Assembly (NCBI GenBank): GCA_965660445.1
Contig: CBFIAK010000001.1
Location: forward strand, 160,001 to 224,000
Length of the DNA stretch: 64,000 bases
Direction: 5' to 3'
From: Patescibacteria group bacterium
Lineage (GTDB): Bacteria > Patescibacteriota > Gracilibacteria > UBA4473
Below are positions 21,201 through 30,674 of the stretch, in pieces (the first letter of the stretch is position 1; every line of letters begins with the position of its first letter). The notes under the pieces are model-generated. The model was given only the letters and a program-made list of their open reading frames with translations, did not search any database and had not been told where the DNA came from. The position numbers and the translations under genes were made by a program.

Positions 21201-21415
21201 TCATGTCCTGTCATTTTTTTATAACGCACAAGAATGTCTTCGATAGCAAGCATACAGGCATGCCCCATATGTAAAACTCCAGTTACATTTGGTGGAGGAA
21301 GAACAATGCTAAATGTTGGTTTTTTCGTATTCGCGTTCGCAAAAAGTCGACCCGATTTTTCCCATTGTTGATAAATAGCGTCTTCGAAAGCTTTGTGGTT
21401 ATAATTTTTCTCCAT
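18290..21415 (-). CDS. valS: Valine--tRNA ligase with inserted histidine-phosphatase domain
   Basis: PPPNVTGVLHMGH, WCISRQIWWGHRIP, DTLDTWFSS, KMSKS; insert carries ARHGET. Confidence 0.96.
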   Translation of the reverse strand: MEKNYNHKAFEDAIYQQWEKSGRLFANANTKKPTFSIVLPPPNVTGVLHMGHACMLAIEDILVRYKKMTGHEVLWVPGTDHAAIATENVVLKHLGVQKRDTLEREAFLEACRSFSQEKHDTIINQTKKMGSWLDWSREAYTLDEEREFAVQKMFQMLWKDGLIVRGYRMVNWSIGAQSVLADDEVEYKEKEGFLYTFAYELSDGSETLHVATTRPETLFGDVAIAIHPDDKRAARLKGKTVKTPFSLREIPIICDEYVDMNFGTATLKVTPAHDPNDFEIGERHDLPQIQVIDFQGNMMASEYVPEEFQGLSREDCRKKITQDSQFLIEKKPYTHSVGHCYRSGTVIEPMLSKQWFIAVNNEFFVEGVGKTTLKKLTLDAVKDSHIQVIPKRFEKTYYQWIENLRDWCISRQIWWGHRIPVWYDNNGNTYMPHEQKFILARHGETNANVEHLVQGQNDELSDVGIAQAHELSAELKNKYTVTHIITSSSRRAVQTAEIVAQSLGVEIEICDDLRAIDFGSITGKYYASGTAIEHALAEGTGEDPSVVYERVEKAWNSLKTRHSKGDILIIGHRSIFSALENIRKGKKDTQNLIRARTKNEKTLHGVWKSISVFQPPITEVPIFQDEDTLDTWFSSALWPFSTLGWPDTSHPDFQTFYPNQLMETGHDILFFWVARMIMFGKYATGRYPFSHIYLHGMVTDEKGQKMSKSKGNGIDPLDLIDRYGADTVRLSLVIGTSAGNNMALGQSKIEGYRNFVNKIWNAGRFVQMQTQLGTDISFKNLRETPPEPKNLADQWILHQLALVAQDVQTALDEYQISRAGDIMYHFVWDQFCDWYIEASKQDSNPLFLRWVFSEVLILIHPLCPFVTQSVFQSLWGEDMMLMDFDYASFDIQHTQSSELFVYIQDVVTRIRKQKSDAKVNPKAKLNVYFQTNDISKAQLVKPFIESLALVSIQDIQSQFHLSQNVQPIVCVNDIFYLDIPKDTALLQKECDVLLQKIKALQTRLANPSYTEKAPPHLVEATQNELEEAQVLLQQKQEELEA

Positions 21416-21478
21416 AACGACTCAAAAGAATGAAATATACGCGCGGGAGTATAGCGCTGTTCATAAAAAAGAACAACG

Positions 21479-22144
21479 TTAAAAACAAGAGACAAACTGA
21501 AACAAGTCTTCTTCTGGTGTTTTGCTTTTTGTAATGGCTGTTGCCACAAGAAACCCCTTTGCTCCTAATTCAAGCGCAATACGAACATCTTCTGGGGTAT
21601 TAATACCAGCCCCCACGCAAATATCAATACCGTGAGCAAGATCCACCGACTCACGAATAGATTCAGGATGTGCCGATGAAACGGAAAGCGTTCGAGATCC
21701 AATCAGTTCTGGTGGTTCAAACGCAAGCATATCTGGACGAAAATGAGAAAAATTATGAATTTCAGCAGGCGACTCTGCACACAATATTGTCTGTAAACCG
21801 GATAATTGTGCTTGTTGAATAATCTGAGGGATTATTTCTGGAGAAACTCGTTTTTCTGAATGATTTATAAGCGTACCCATTCCACCCCAAGTGCGAACAC
21901 TTTCAGGAAGAATAGATCCAGTAGAGCTTCCAAACGATATAGGATCGATATGTTGTACAAAAACAGGAATTGAAACCGCTTGTGAGACAGCATGCAAATC
22001 AAGCACTGAAACACAAACCGCTATACGAGCACCTGTTCGCTGAGCGACTTTTTCGTGAATACGAGCTAATTCTACTGCTTTTTTTCCAACTGCATCGGGG
22101 TGGTTTTTGAAATTCGTAATCCAGATTGGGTTTTTGTTTGTCAT
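21479..22144 (-). CDS. tpiA: Triosephosphate isomerase (short archaeal-type)
   Basis: NFK, NHSEKR, AFEPPELIG, GAGI; 221 aa. Confidence 0.92.
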   Translation of the reverse strand: MTNKNPIWITNFKNHPDAVGKKAVELARIHEKVAQRTGARIAVCVSVLDLHAVSQAVSIPVFVQHIDPISFGSSTGSILPESVRTWGGMGTLINHSEKRVSPEIIPQIIQQAQLSGLQTILCAESPAEIHNFSHFRPDMLAFEPPELIGSRTLSVSSAHPESIRESVDLAHGIDICVGAGINTPEDVRIALELGAKGFLVATAITKSKTPEEDLFQFVSCF

Positions 22145-22204
22145 ACTTCCAGTATAAATCCTTCATTCTTATTTGCAAGAGAAGGGTTTTTTGTGATAAT
22201 ACAT

Positions 22205-24673
22205 ATGATGGCAAACTCTTTTCTGTCCCCACTATTTATTACTGTATGGGTTTTTATAGGACTTGTTTTTTTCTTATGGGGAATGAGTCTCATTCGGAAA
22301 CGAAACGCATTTCGATCGTCTTTAGAATATACTTTTTTTCAAATCCTGATTCCGAAAAAAGAATCAAAAGATGATATGGAAAAAGAACGAGATCAAACAT
22401 CAGAGATGCGAAAAGTAGTCAGCATTGCTGATCATTTCTTTTCAACTGTTCATGGGATATATCGTGGAGGTCTTCAGCGATTTTTTGTTCCACAAGAAAC
22501 TCTTTCGTTTGAATATATTGCTCGAGAAGGAGATATTTTATTTTTCGTTGGATGCAGTAGAACTCTGGCACCTTTAATTGAAAAACAAATCACCAGTTTT
22601 TATCCAGAAGCTATTCTTACAGAAACAGAAAGCCCCCGACTTTTTAGCGAAAAAACATCACAGTCGGCTATCAGCTTAATAACCGGAAAAGAATTCTCCT
22701 TTCCATTAAAGACATACACTCAATTTGAATCAACTGATCCGATAAACAATATCTTAAACGCTCTATCCAATGCTTCTGATGAAAAAGGAGCTTCTGCTGG
22801 TATCCAGATTCTTATTCGACCCGTGCCTGACACATGGCAACCAAAAGCAAGAAAAAAAGCACGAGAACTCTCTGAAGGAAAAGGGTTAAATGGAAGCTGG
22901 AACCCTTTTGTATGGCTTATGAACGGAGTAAGTGTTTTATTTCGAGGTATCGAAAATAAAAACGAACAATCGAACAAAAAAGAGTCTGATGAATCGCAAG
23001 AAACAGTCAAAGCGATTGAATCTAAGTCTCAACAATTTGCATTCGAGACAGCAATACGAGTCGTAACATCTTCTCCTCAGAAACGACTACAAGAAATGCA
23101 TATGAAATCAATTACCAATAGTTTTTCTCAGTTTAATTCACCAGTACTCAATAGTGTCGGAACTGAGAAATGGGTTTCTAATCGATCTATTATACGACAT
23201 TTTTTATTACGATCGTTTCCAGAATCAATGCTTTGGAAAAAACGAAAAATGATTCTATCAACTGCAGAACTAGCAAGTTTATATCATTTCCCACACACAA
23301 AGTTTAATTCAATACCTGGCGTTGTATGGCAAAACTATAAAATTGTAAAAGCGCCAAACAATATTCCAAAAGAAGGTATTTTGTTAGGACACAATGTATA
23401 CCGAAACCAAAAAATTCCGATTCATATAAAAAAGAATGATCGATTTCGTCATTTTTATGTCATTGGACAAACAGGAACTGGAAAATCATCTATTTTCCAA
23501 TCGATGATACGACAAGACATGGAAAACGGAGATGGACTGTGTGTAATTGACCCGCATGGAAGTTTGATTGATAGTATTTTACCATTTGTGCCTTCTTCTC
23601 GAATAGACGATGTTATTATATTTGATCCATCTGATACAGAGCGTCCTATGGGATTGAATTTATTAGAAGCACAAACTGAGGAAGAAAGAGATATGGTTGC
23701 GCTTGATGCTATGAATTTAATGATTAAGTTATTTGATGAAGAAATTTTCGGACCTCGGATTCAAGACTATTTCCGAAACGGAGTTTTAACTCTTATGGCT
23801 GATCCACAAGGAGGTTCTCTCACGGATATCGTAAAGCTCTTTACAGATGAAGGATTTCAAAGAGCCAAAATTTCACATGTTAAAAACCCGATTGTCCGAT
23901 CTTTTTGGAATAATCAAATGGCAAAAACAGGGGCAAGAGAAAAAGCTGAAATAATTCCTTATTTTGCCGCAAAATTCGGAGCGTTTATTACAAATTCAAT
24001 GCTTCGTAATATCATTGGTCAAACAAAGTCAGCATTTGATTTTTCAAAAAGCATGCAAGAAGGGAAAATATTACTTATGAATTTATCAAAAGGAACAACT
24101 GGAGACATAAATTCAAAATTACTGGGATTAATTTTGGTATCAAAACTACAGATGGCAACGTTACGACGACAAAAACAACTATCAGAAGGGAGAACTCCTC
24201 GTGATTTCTTTTTATACATTGATGAGTTTCAAAACTATGTCACTGATTCCATTGAATCAATCTTATCTGAAGCTCGAAAATATCGCCTATCTTTAAACAT
24301 TGCACACCAATATATAAACCAAATAGACACATCAAACCAAAAAAAAGGGGTGAATTTAAAAGATGCAATTTTTGGAAACGTGGGAACAATGATGTGTTAC
24401 AAAATCGGTGCACAAGACGCAGAGTATATGGCAAAAGAAATGGCGCCCTCATTCACTGATCATGATTTAGTAAACATTGATAAATACCAAGCAGTAATCA
24501 AACTCTCAATCGATACACAACCCTCAAAACCATTTTCTATAACGCCACTCAACCCTTATATCGAAAGTGGAAACGAAGAAATGAAAATAGCCCTCAAACA
24601 AATTTCAAGACTCACTTATGGGCGATCTAAAAAGTTTGTTGAAAAAGAAATATTTACTCGACTTGATATATAG
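22205..24673 (+). CDS. Membrane-anchored TraD/VirD4/HerA-like coupling ATPase
   Basis: N-terminal TM, Walker A GQTGTGKS, IDPHG, Walker B LYIDEFQN, LSEARKY. Start placed at ATG 22205, after TTGCAA-16-GATAAT. Confidence 0.85.
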   Translation: MMANSFLSPLFITVWVFIGLVFFLWGMSLIRKRNAFRSSLEYTFFQILIPKKESKDDMEKERDQTSEMRKVVSIADHFFSTVHGIYRGGLQRFFVPQETLSFEYIAREGDILFFVGCSRTLAPLIEKQITSFYPEAILTETESPRLFSEKTSQSAISLITGKEFSFPLKTYTQFESTDPINNILNALSNASDEKGASAGIQILIRPVPDTWQPKARKKARELSEGKGLNGSWNPFVWLMNGVSVLFRGIENKNEQSNKKESDESQETVKAIESKSQQFAFETAIRVVTSSPQKRLQEMHMKSITNSFSQFNSPVLNSVGTEKWVSNRSIIRHFLLRSFPESMLWKKRKMILSTAELASLYHFPHTKFNSIPGVVWQNYKIVKAPNNIPKEGILLGHNVYRNQKIPIHIKKNDRFRHFYVIGQTGTGKSSIFQSMIRQDMENGDGLCVIDPHGSLIDSILPFVPSSRIDDVIIFDPSDTERPMGLNLLEAQTEEERDMVALDAMNLMIKLFDEEIFGPRIQDYFRNGVLTLMADPQGGSLTDIVKLFTDEGFQRAKISHVKNPIVRSFWNNQMAKTGAREKAEIIPYFAAKFGAFITNSMLRNIIGQTKSAFDFSKSMQEGKILLMNLSKGTTGDINSKLLGLILVSKLQMATLRRQKQLSEGRTPRDFFLYIDEFQNYVTDSIESILSEARKYRLSLNIAHQYINQIDTSNQKKGVNLKDAIFGNVGTMMCYKIGAQDAEYMAKEMAPSFTDHDLVNIDKYQAVIKLSIDTQPSKPFSITPLNPYIESGNEEMKIALKQISRLTYGRSKKFVEKEIFTRLDI

Positions 24674-25164
24674 GAGGCGCAGTGAAGTGAAAAAGGTTTT
24701 TCACTTCAGAATTATGAATTAAGAATTAGGAATTATGGGGGAAGAGCAGGAGCTACATGGAATCTTGAATCCAGAATCTAGAATCTAGAATAAATCACAG
24801 AAATCGCAGGAATCACAAGTCTTTGCAAAGCCTTATGATTGTTCCTTATTTCTCAAGCTGAATCTCAATCTTAATTCTTATAAAATAGAGACCGGTCTCC
24901 ATTTTTCGTAGATATAGACTGAAAAATAATAGAAGTTTTAGAGTTTGACATACAAAATCACATGTTTAAGCCAAAACTTAGAGACCGGTCTCCAAGTTTT
25001 GGCTTCACTGTGTGTTTTTTTGTTTTTTTAGAGTTATTGTATAACAATAAAATCTGGAATCTTGAATCTAGAATAAATCGCAGGAATCACAAAAAAATCA
25101 CAAGGATGTGCAAAGCCTTGTGATTTTCCCTTAATTCATAATTCCTAATTCATTATTCCAATTC
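24674..25164. repeat. Composite palindromic repeat mosaic between convergent genes
   Basis: Heptamer arrays (GAATCTA/GAATTAG), 30-bp hairpins at 24811-24840 and 25096-25125, GAGACCGGTCTC doublet (centres 24893/4, 24986/7). About 24720-25055 is the reverse complement of about 53220-53550. Confidence 0.9.
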
Positions 25165-26232
25165 TTACGCTCTTTTTTGACGACGACTATCAAGAGAAAA
25201 ATCATAATCGTACACCGCACGCCCAACACGAACAAAAAATGGATATTTCTGAAGGTTTAAAGAAATAGTTCCTAATCGAATATCTCGTTTCTTTAAAACC
25301 CCTTGAATAATATCCTGACGTTTCATAGGCCCCTTGTTTTCCTTTAATACAGAAATAATAACATCACATACCGTTCCAGCAGGCAGATTCCATTCTCGCA
25401 ATCCATACATCCCACGTCCCACTAAAATAAACTCTTCATGACGAATCAAATCATTATGAATAGCCTGTGCTGTTACTTTCTTTTTAGAACTAAAATCATT
25501 TAATACATGATCCACGATATCACTAAAGTGCATTGGCTTTCCTGATTTTCGCAAAGAAACCATGATTTTATCTTTAATTGATCGAGGGTTTATAGTTCTC
25601 CATGATTTAATTCCCCAACCATGATCGGTCTTTAAAAATTCCCAATGAACCATCAATAGAGAATGAATCATCTCTGGTGTATACTGATTTAATCTTGAAT
25701 TAAGTGATTCTATAGAAAGAGTATCTCCGTGCTTCTCAATGATTTGAGTTATTTTTTGAACAGCTGATTTAATTTCTTGAATTTTTAGGTCTTTTGTATA
25801 CCAAAAAGAACGAAAAAACTGATTTTTTTCTTGTTTCAAAATCTTATCAGAAACACAAATAGCCAACTTCATAGCATTTACATTCACATTGTTTGCATCT
25901 TTTAAATTTTTTAACATTTCAGAAATCAAACGATCCTCTGCCATTATTTTTCCATTCGCTACCAAAATACTGTGTGCCAAATCATGGATATAACGAATTG
26001 AAGGCTCCATTGATATACGAGCCAATTTCTTCATAGCAACAGATTCAATCTGCCGAACACGCTCACGAGTAATTGAATAACTTTTTCCAATGCTCTCAAG
26101 AGTCTCCTTTTTTCCGTTTTTCAATAAAAAACGCCGCTCGATAATACTTTTCTCTTTCGAGGTAAGCAAACCAAGAAGCGAATCCATTACCTCTGAAAAA
26201 TTAATCTTTTTTTGTAGCGTTTGTGCTTTCAT
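25165..26232 (-). CDS. Sigma70 region-4 HTH protein with C-terminal winged-HTH (HARE/delta-like) domains
   Basis: ETLESIGKSYSITRERVRQIE (sigma r4) without sigma region 2; GKPMHFSDI...FILVGRGMYGLREW wHTH. Confidence 0.8.
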   Translation of the reverse strand: MKAQTLQKKINFSEVMDSLLGLLTSKEKSIIERRFLLKNGKKETLESIGKSYSITRERVRQIESVAMKKLARISMEPSIRYIHDLAHSILVANGKIMAEDRLISEMLKNLKDANNVNVNAMKLAICVSDKILKQEKNQFFRSFWYTKDLKIQEIKSAVQKITQIIEKHGDTLSIESLNSRLNQYTPEMIHSLLMVHWEFLKTDHGWGIKSWRTINPRSIKDKIMVSLRKSGKPMHFSDIVDHVLNDFSSKKKVTAQAIHNDLIRHEEFILVGRGMYGLREWNLPAGTVCDVIISVLKENKGPMKRQDIIQGVLKKRDIRLGTISLNLQKYPFFVRVGRAVYDYDFSLDSRRQKRA

Positions 26233-26438
26233 ATTCAGAAAAAATTATATAAATATTCAATAATATAAAAAAATGTCATGAGAATAGTAAGACTTATTTC
26301 ACAAGTTGTCAATTTTTTCACTTGTCATATTTTATTATTATTTTTTATTATAAATAAGAGTAAAGAAAAAAATATCACAAAAAAACAAATACAAAAAAAG
26401 CAAAACAAAAAACAAACACATAAAAAAAAAGAAAATAT

Positions 26439-26466
26439 TTGACAGAAGAAAAAAAATTCATACCCT
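26439..26466 (+). promoter_or_regulatory. S10 operon promoter
   Basis: TTGACA-16 bp-TACCCT. Confidence 0.55.
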
Positions 26467-26516
26467 AACGAGGCTCTTTTAGAGTAAATCACTTTCTAGA
26501 ATTAGGAATAATTCAT

Positions 26517-26903
26517 ATGGTAAAAAATCAAAAAACGGATTCAGCTTCTTCCAGTAAAGCCACTAAGAAAGCAAGTGGTAAGAAAACGGAAGTTATTACT
26601 CAGAAAGTAAGAATCATTCTAAAGGCTTATGACTACATTGTAGTTGATAAAGCTGCACGACTCATTATAGATACAGCTGAACGAGGCGGGTCTTTGGTGA
26701 GTGGTCCTGTTCCACTACAAACAAAAATAAAAAAGTACACAATAAATCGATCATTCTTTGTAAACAAAGATGCTCGAGATCAATACGAAATTCGAATTCA
26801 CAAACGATTGCTTGATATAAAAGAACCAACACCTCAAACAATTGAATTGTTGCAAAACCTATCGCTCCCAGAAGGAGTTGATATTGAAATTAAAATGATG
26901 TAA
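26517..26903 (+). CDS. rpsJ: 30S ribosomal protein S10
   Basis: RIILKAYD, GPVPL, RDQYEIRIHKRL; Lys/Ser-rich N-terminal extension. Confidence 0.96.
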   Translation: MVKNQKTDSASSSKATKKASGKKTEVITQKVRIILKAYDYIVVDKAARLIIDTAERGGSLVSGPVPLQTKIKKYTINRSFFVNKDARDQYEIRIHKRLLDIKEPTPQTIELLQNLSLPEGVDIEIKMM

Positions 26904-26923
26904 CTCTCTTAAAACCTCCAGAA

Positions 26924-27511
26924 ATGAAAGGATTACTAGCTCGCAAAATCGGCATGACACACATCATTTCACCAGAAGATGGTGCTATGATTCCTGTGAC
27001 ATTACTCCACGTACCTGAAAACAAAATTCTTCAAGTGAAAACGGCGAAAACTGATGGATATTCTGCGTGTGTATTGGCATCATTTGAACGAAATAAAAAA
27101 TACAAAAACACGGGTCTACGTTACACATTTATAAAAGAAGTAAAAGGAGAGAATGAAGATTGGAAAAAAGATGCAGTATTAACTGTTGCTGATTTTGAAG
27201 GAGTTGAAAAAGTAAACATCACTGGTGTTTCAAAAGGACGAGGATTTGCTGGGGTTATTAAACGACATAATTTTGCTCGAGGGCGAGAAACACATGGTTC
27301 TCACCATCACCGAGAACCTGGTTCATCTGGGATGTGTGCAAAACCAGGTCGAATTATAAAAGGAAAACGAATGCCTGGACACTACGGAGTTGATCAACAA
27401 ACTATTCGATCAGTGAAAGTAGTAGATACGGATTCAGCGAATAACATTATCGCTGTTAAAGGAGCTGTTCCGGGGGCTCGAAATAGTTTTGTATCGATTA
27501 TCGCAGCATAA
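26924..27511 (+). CDS. rplC: 50S ribosomal protein L3
   Basis: KIGMT, SKGRGFAGVIKRH, KGAVPG. Confidence 0.97.
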   Translation: MKGLLARKIGMTHIISPEDGAMIPVTLLHVPENKILQVKTAKTDGYSACVLASFERNKKYKNTGLRYTFIKEVKGENEDWKKDAVLTVADFEGVEKVNITGVSKGRGFAGVIKRHNFARGRETHGSHHHREPGSSGMCAKPGRIIKGKRMPGHYGVDQQTIRSVKVVDTDSANNIIAVKGAVPGARNSFVSIIAA

Positions 27512-28146
27512 TGAACATAGATATTTATACCAGTACGGGAGAAAAAAAAGGTACTCAGTCATTACCAAAAGCTTTGTTTGAAGTAAATGTAAACGAAGGT
27601 TTGATGCATAGGGCTGTTGTTATGCGATTAGCAAACGCACGAAAGCCTATTGCTCATACAAAAACAAGAGCTGAAGTGGTTATGACTACGAAAAAAGCAT
27701 TTCGTCAAAAAGGAACTGGACGTGCTCGACGAGGAGCTTTGTCAACAAACTTATTACGAGGTGGGGGGGTGACACATGGTCCACGAAGCATACAAAGTTT
27801 TGCTATAGATATGTCAAAAAAAGAAAGACGATTAGCATTGTTTTCAAGTTTAACAGTGAAAGCAAATGAAAAAAGCATCTTTGGTTTAGAAGCGTTAGGA
27901 TATGAAATACCAAAAACAAAATCATTTTCTGATCTTCTTAAAAAACTTCCTGAAGCAAAAAAATATCTTTTTGTTATTCCAAAAAAAGATCCTATATTTG
28001 AGAAATCAGTTTCAAATATTCCAAATGTGTCTGTGTTATTAGCTCAGTATTTAAACCCACTTGATGTATTAAAAGCTGAAAAAATTTGTTTTGTTTCTGA
28101 TGCACTTCAATCCGCTGAAAGTATATTCTTATCTTCTCAAAAATAA
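27511..28146 (+). CDS. rplD: 50S ribosomal protein L4
   Basis: TKTRAEV, RQKGTGRARRG, GGGVTHGP. Confidence 0.97.
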   Translation: MNIDIYTSTGEKKGTQSLPKALFEVNVNEGLMHRAVVMRLANARKPIAHTKTRAEVVMTTKKAFRQKGTGRARRGALSTNLLRGGGVTHGPRSIQSFAIDMSKKERRLALFSSLTVKANEKSIFGLEALGYEIPKTKSFSDLLKKLPEAKKYLFVIPKKDPIFEKSVSNIPNVSVLLAQYLNPLDVLKAEKICFVSDALQSAESIFLSSQK

Positions 28147-28433
28147 TGGTACTAGTAGAAAACGTATTACGACGCCCAATTGTAACAGAAAAAACTGTTT
28201 CACAAAAAGACAAATTTTCTTTTGCCGTTCATGCAGATGCATCAAAAGCAGATATAGTGAAAGCAGTTCAAGAATTTTACGGGGTGAGCGCAGAAAAAGT
28301 AAATATTGTAAATCTTCCACAAAAAACACGAATCATTCGTCGTGGACAAGTAGCTCGAAAACGAGCACCTTTTAAAAAAGCAATTGTAACTCTTAAAAAA
28401 GGAGAAACTCTTGATTTTAACGCATTTAAATAA
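28146..28433 (+). CDS. rplW: 50S ribosomal protein L23
   Basis: PIVTEK, KKAIVTLK; operon position. Confidence 0.96.
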   Translation: MVLVENVLRRPIVTEKTVSQKDKFSFAVHADASKADIVKAVQEFYGVSAEKVNIVNLPQKTRIIRRGQVARKRAPFKKAIVTLKKGETLDFNAFK

Positions 28434-28442
28434 TCTTTCATT

Positions 28443-29282
28443 ATGGGAATTAAATTACTAAAAGCAACAACAAACGGACAACGTGACATGAGTTATGTTG
28501 ACGGTGCACAACTAGCTCCTTCAAAGAAGAAGTACAAACATCTTCTTGTGCCGGGTCGAAAAGTAACAGGACGTGGAAAACACGGAATCACGATTCGACA
28601 TCGAGGAGGAGGAACTCGTGCAGCATATCGAAAAGTAGATTTTTCAGGAGTTGATAAACTTGGAATTCCAGGAAAAATTGAAGCTATTGAATACGATCCA
28701 AATCGAACAGCTTATATTGCTTTGGTTTTATATGTTGATGGAGAACGACGATACCAATTAGCACATAAGAATGCAAAAGTGGGAGATGAAACTATTACCG
28801 ACACAAAAGCAAAAGTAAGAGAAGGGAACCGAATGCAACTCAAAAACATCCCTGTTGGTTTTTCTGTTTTTAATGTAGAAATAACACCAAACAAAGGGGG
28901 GCAAGTAGTTCGATCTGCCGGACAAAAAGCACAGCTCACATCACTTGATGGAGATATGGCACAAGTATTACTTCCATCAGGAGAAATTCGATTTGTAAAT
29001 AAAGATTGTTTTGCAACAATTGGAATTCTCTCAAACGAAGAAAAAAGTCTTGTTCGTATTGGAAAAGCTGGTCGAGTTCGACACACTGGTCGACGTCCTC
29101 AAGTTCGAGGAAAAGCGATGAATCCAATTGACCATCCACATGGAGGAGGAGAAGCTGCAAATTCTATTGGGCTTCGGTATCCAAAAACACCATGGGGAGC
29201 TCCTGCATTAGGAGTAAAAACAAGAAAACGTAGTAAAGATAACAAACTTATTGTTCGATCTCGACACCGAGCAAAAAAATAA
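28443..29282 (+). CDS. rplB: 50S ribosomal protein L2
   Basis: IEYDPNRTA, GKAGR, MNPIDHPHGGGE. Confidence 0.98.
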   Translation: MGIKLLKATTNGQRDMSYVDGAQLAPSKKKYKHLLVPGRKVTGRGKHGITIRHRGGGTRAAYRKVDFSGVDKLGIPGKIEAIEYDPNRTAYIALVLYVDGERRYQLAHKNAKVGDETITDTKAKVREGNRMQLKNIPVGFSVFNVEITPNKGGQVVRSAGQKAQLTSLDGDMAQVLLPSGEIRFVNKDCFATIGILSNEEKSLVRIGKAGRVRHTGRRPQVRGKAMNPIDHPHGGGEAANSIGLRYPKTPWGAPALGVKTRKRSKDNKLIVRSRHRAKK

Positions 29283-29318
29283 TATATTCCTTTATTTCTA
29301 TTTTAAATTCTATAATTC

Positions 29319-29597
29319 ATGACACGATCTGCAAAAAAAGGTCCATACATTGATCCTCGAGTTGAAAAAAAAGTGAAAACTTTAGATGCTTCAGGAGAAA
29401 AGAAAGTGATTAAAACATGGTCACGATCTTGCACCATAACTCCAGAGTTCGTTGGACACACATTTGGTGTACACAACGGAAAAGAACACATTCCTGTGTT
29501 TTGTACTGAATCAATGGTTGGTCATAAATTAGGAGAATTTTCTCCAACTCGAAAATTCCGAGGACATGGAGGAAAGTTAGCAAAAAAACAAAAATAA
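29319..29597 (+). CDS. rpsS: 30S ribosomal protein S19
   Basis: [26 protein letters not shown]. Confidence 0.98.
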   Translation: MTRSAKKGPYIDPRVEKKVKTLDASGEKKVIKTWSRSCTITPEFVGHTFGVHNGKEHIPVFCTESMVGHKLGEFSPTRKFRGHGGKLAKKQK

Positions 29598-29627
29598 TTT
29601 TATTTTTTAAAAAACGGCTTATACAGC

Positions 29628-29960
29628 ATGAAAGCACATTTAAGAAACATTCGTATATCACCCAAAAAGGCAAATATTGTTGCTGGACTCATCCGGAACA
29701 AATCTGCTGTAGAGGCATTGAATATACTCAAATTCACGCCGAAAAAAGCATCTCAATTACTCTACAAAACATTAGCTTCTGCTATTAGTAATGCAGAAAA
29801 TAATGAGAGTGAGAAAAGAGAATCATTGGTGATTCAAGAGGTTGTTATTAATAAAGGACCTGTATTAAAAAGATTTCTTCCTTCTACTCGTGGTCGAGCT
29901 TTACCATTACAAAAGCCAACCACTCATATTTCAATTTATCTTTCAAAAACTAATAATTAA
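29628..29960 (+). CDS. rplV: 50S ribosomal protein L22
   Basis: RISPKK, SAISNAENN, KPTTHI. Confidence 0.97.
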   Translation: MKAHLRNIRISPKKANIVAGLIRNKSAVEALNILKFTPKKASQLLYKTLASAISNAENNESEKRESLVIQEVVINKGPVLKRFLPSTRGRALPLQKPTTHISIYLSKTNN

Positions 29961-30613
29961 TGGGAAAAAAAGTATCACCGCATTCAATTCGTATAGGAAT
30001 AACTCGTGGATGGGATTCTATTTGGTTTGCAAAACGAGGATTTAAAGAAAAATTTCTTCAAGATATTGAAATTCGAAAAATGCTCGAAAAAAAGTTTGAG
30101 AAAGCAAAAGTAGCAAAAGTTGAAATCAAACGAGATGCAAAAAAAGCACGAGTTGTGATTCATTCTGGAAAACCAGGGCTTATTATTGGTCGGGGAGGAG
30201 AACAAATTCAAGAAATAGCAAAAGAACTTTCAGAAAAATATAATGATAAGTTTGATGTTTCCATTCAAGAAGTTCGAAAAGTTGACGGAAGTGCCCCACT
30301 TATTGCACAATCTATTGCGGATCAAGTTTCTCGACGGTTTCCATATCGACGAGTTGTAAAAATGGCTGTTGATAGAGCAAAGGAATCAGGAGTAAAAGGA
30401 ATAAAAGTTATTGTTTCTGGCCGATTAAATGGAGTTGATATTGCTCGAAAAGAAACCTATAACTACGGAAAAGTTCCACTTCACACACTTCGGGCAAATA
30501 TTGATTATTCAACAGCAGAAGCATCAACAATGTACGGAATTATAGGAGTAAAAGTTTGGGTGTATCATGGACTTGTGTTTAAAGAAAAAAGAGACGATCA
30601 ATTATTATTTTAA
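29960..30613 (+). CDS. rpsC: 30S ribosomal protein S3
   Basis: KPGLIIGRGG, SGRLNG, VPLHTLRANIDY, YGIIGVKVW. Confidence 0.98.
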   Translation: MGKKVSPHSIRIGITRGWDSIWFAKRGFKEKFLQDIEIRKMLEKKFEKAKVAKVEIKRDAKKARVVIHSGKPGLIIGRGGEQIQEIAKELSEKYNDKFDVSIQEVRKVDGSAPLIAQSIADQVSRRFPYRRVVKMAVDRAKESGVKGIKVIVSGRLNGVDIARKETYNYGKVPLHTLRANIDYSTAEASTMYGIIGVKVWVYHGLVFKEKRDDQLLF

Positions 30614-30616
30614 ATA

Positions 30617-30648
30617 AAAAAAAATCCCGAATATTCGGGATTTTTTTT
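30617..30648. terminator. Bidirectional terminator ending the truncated S10 operon
   Basis: Perfect inverted repeat A8-TCCCGAATATTCGGGA-T8 between convergent genes. Confidence 0.85.
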
Positions 30649-30674
30649 AACACAAATGAAATGATAATTATAAG

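Noticed and set aside
22205-24673. Conjugative element
   Set aside because: A lone coupling-type ATPase among housekeeping genes, with no relaxase, VirB genes or integrase nearby.
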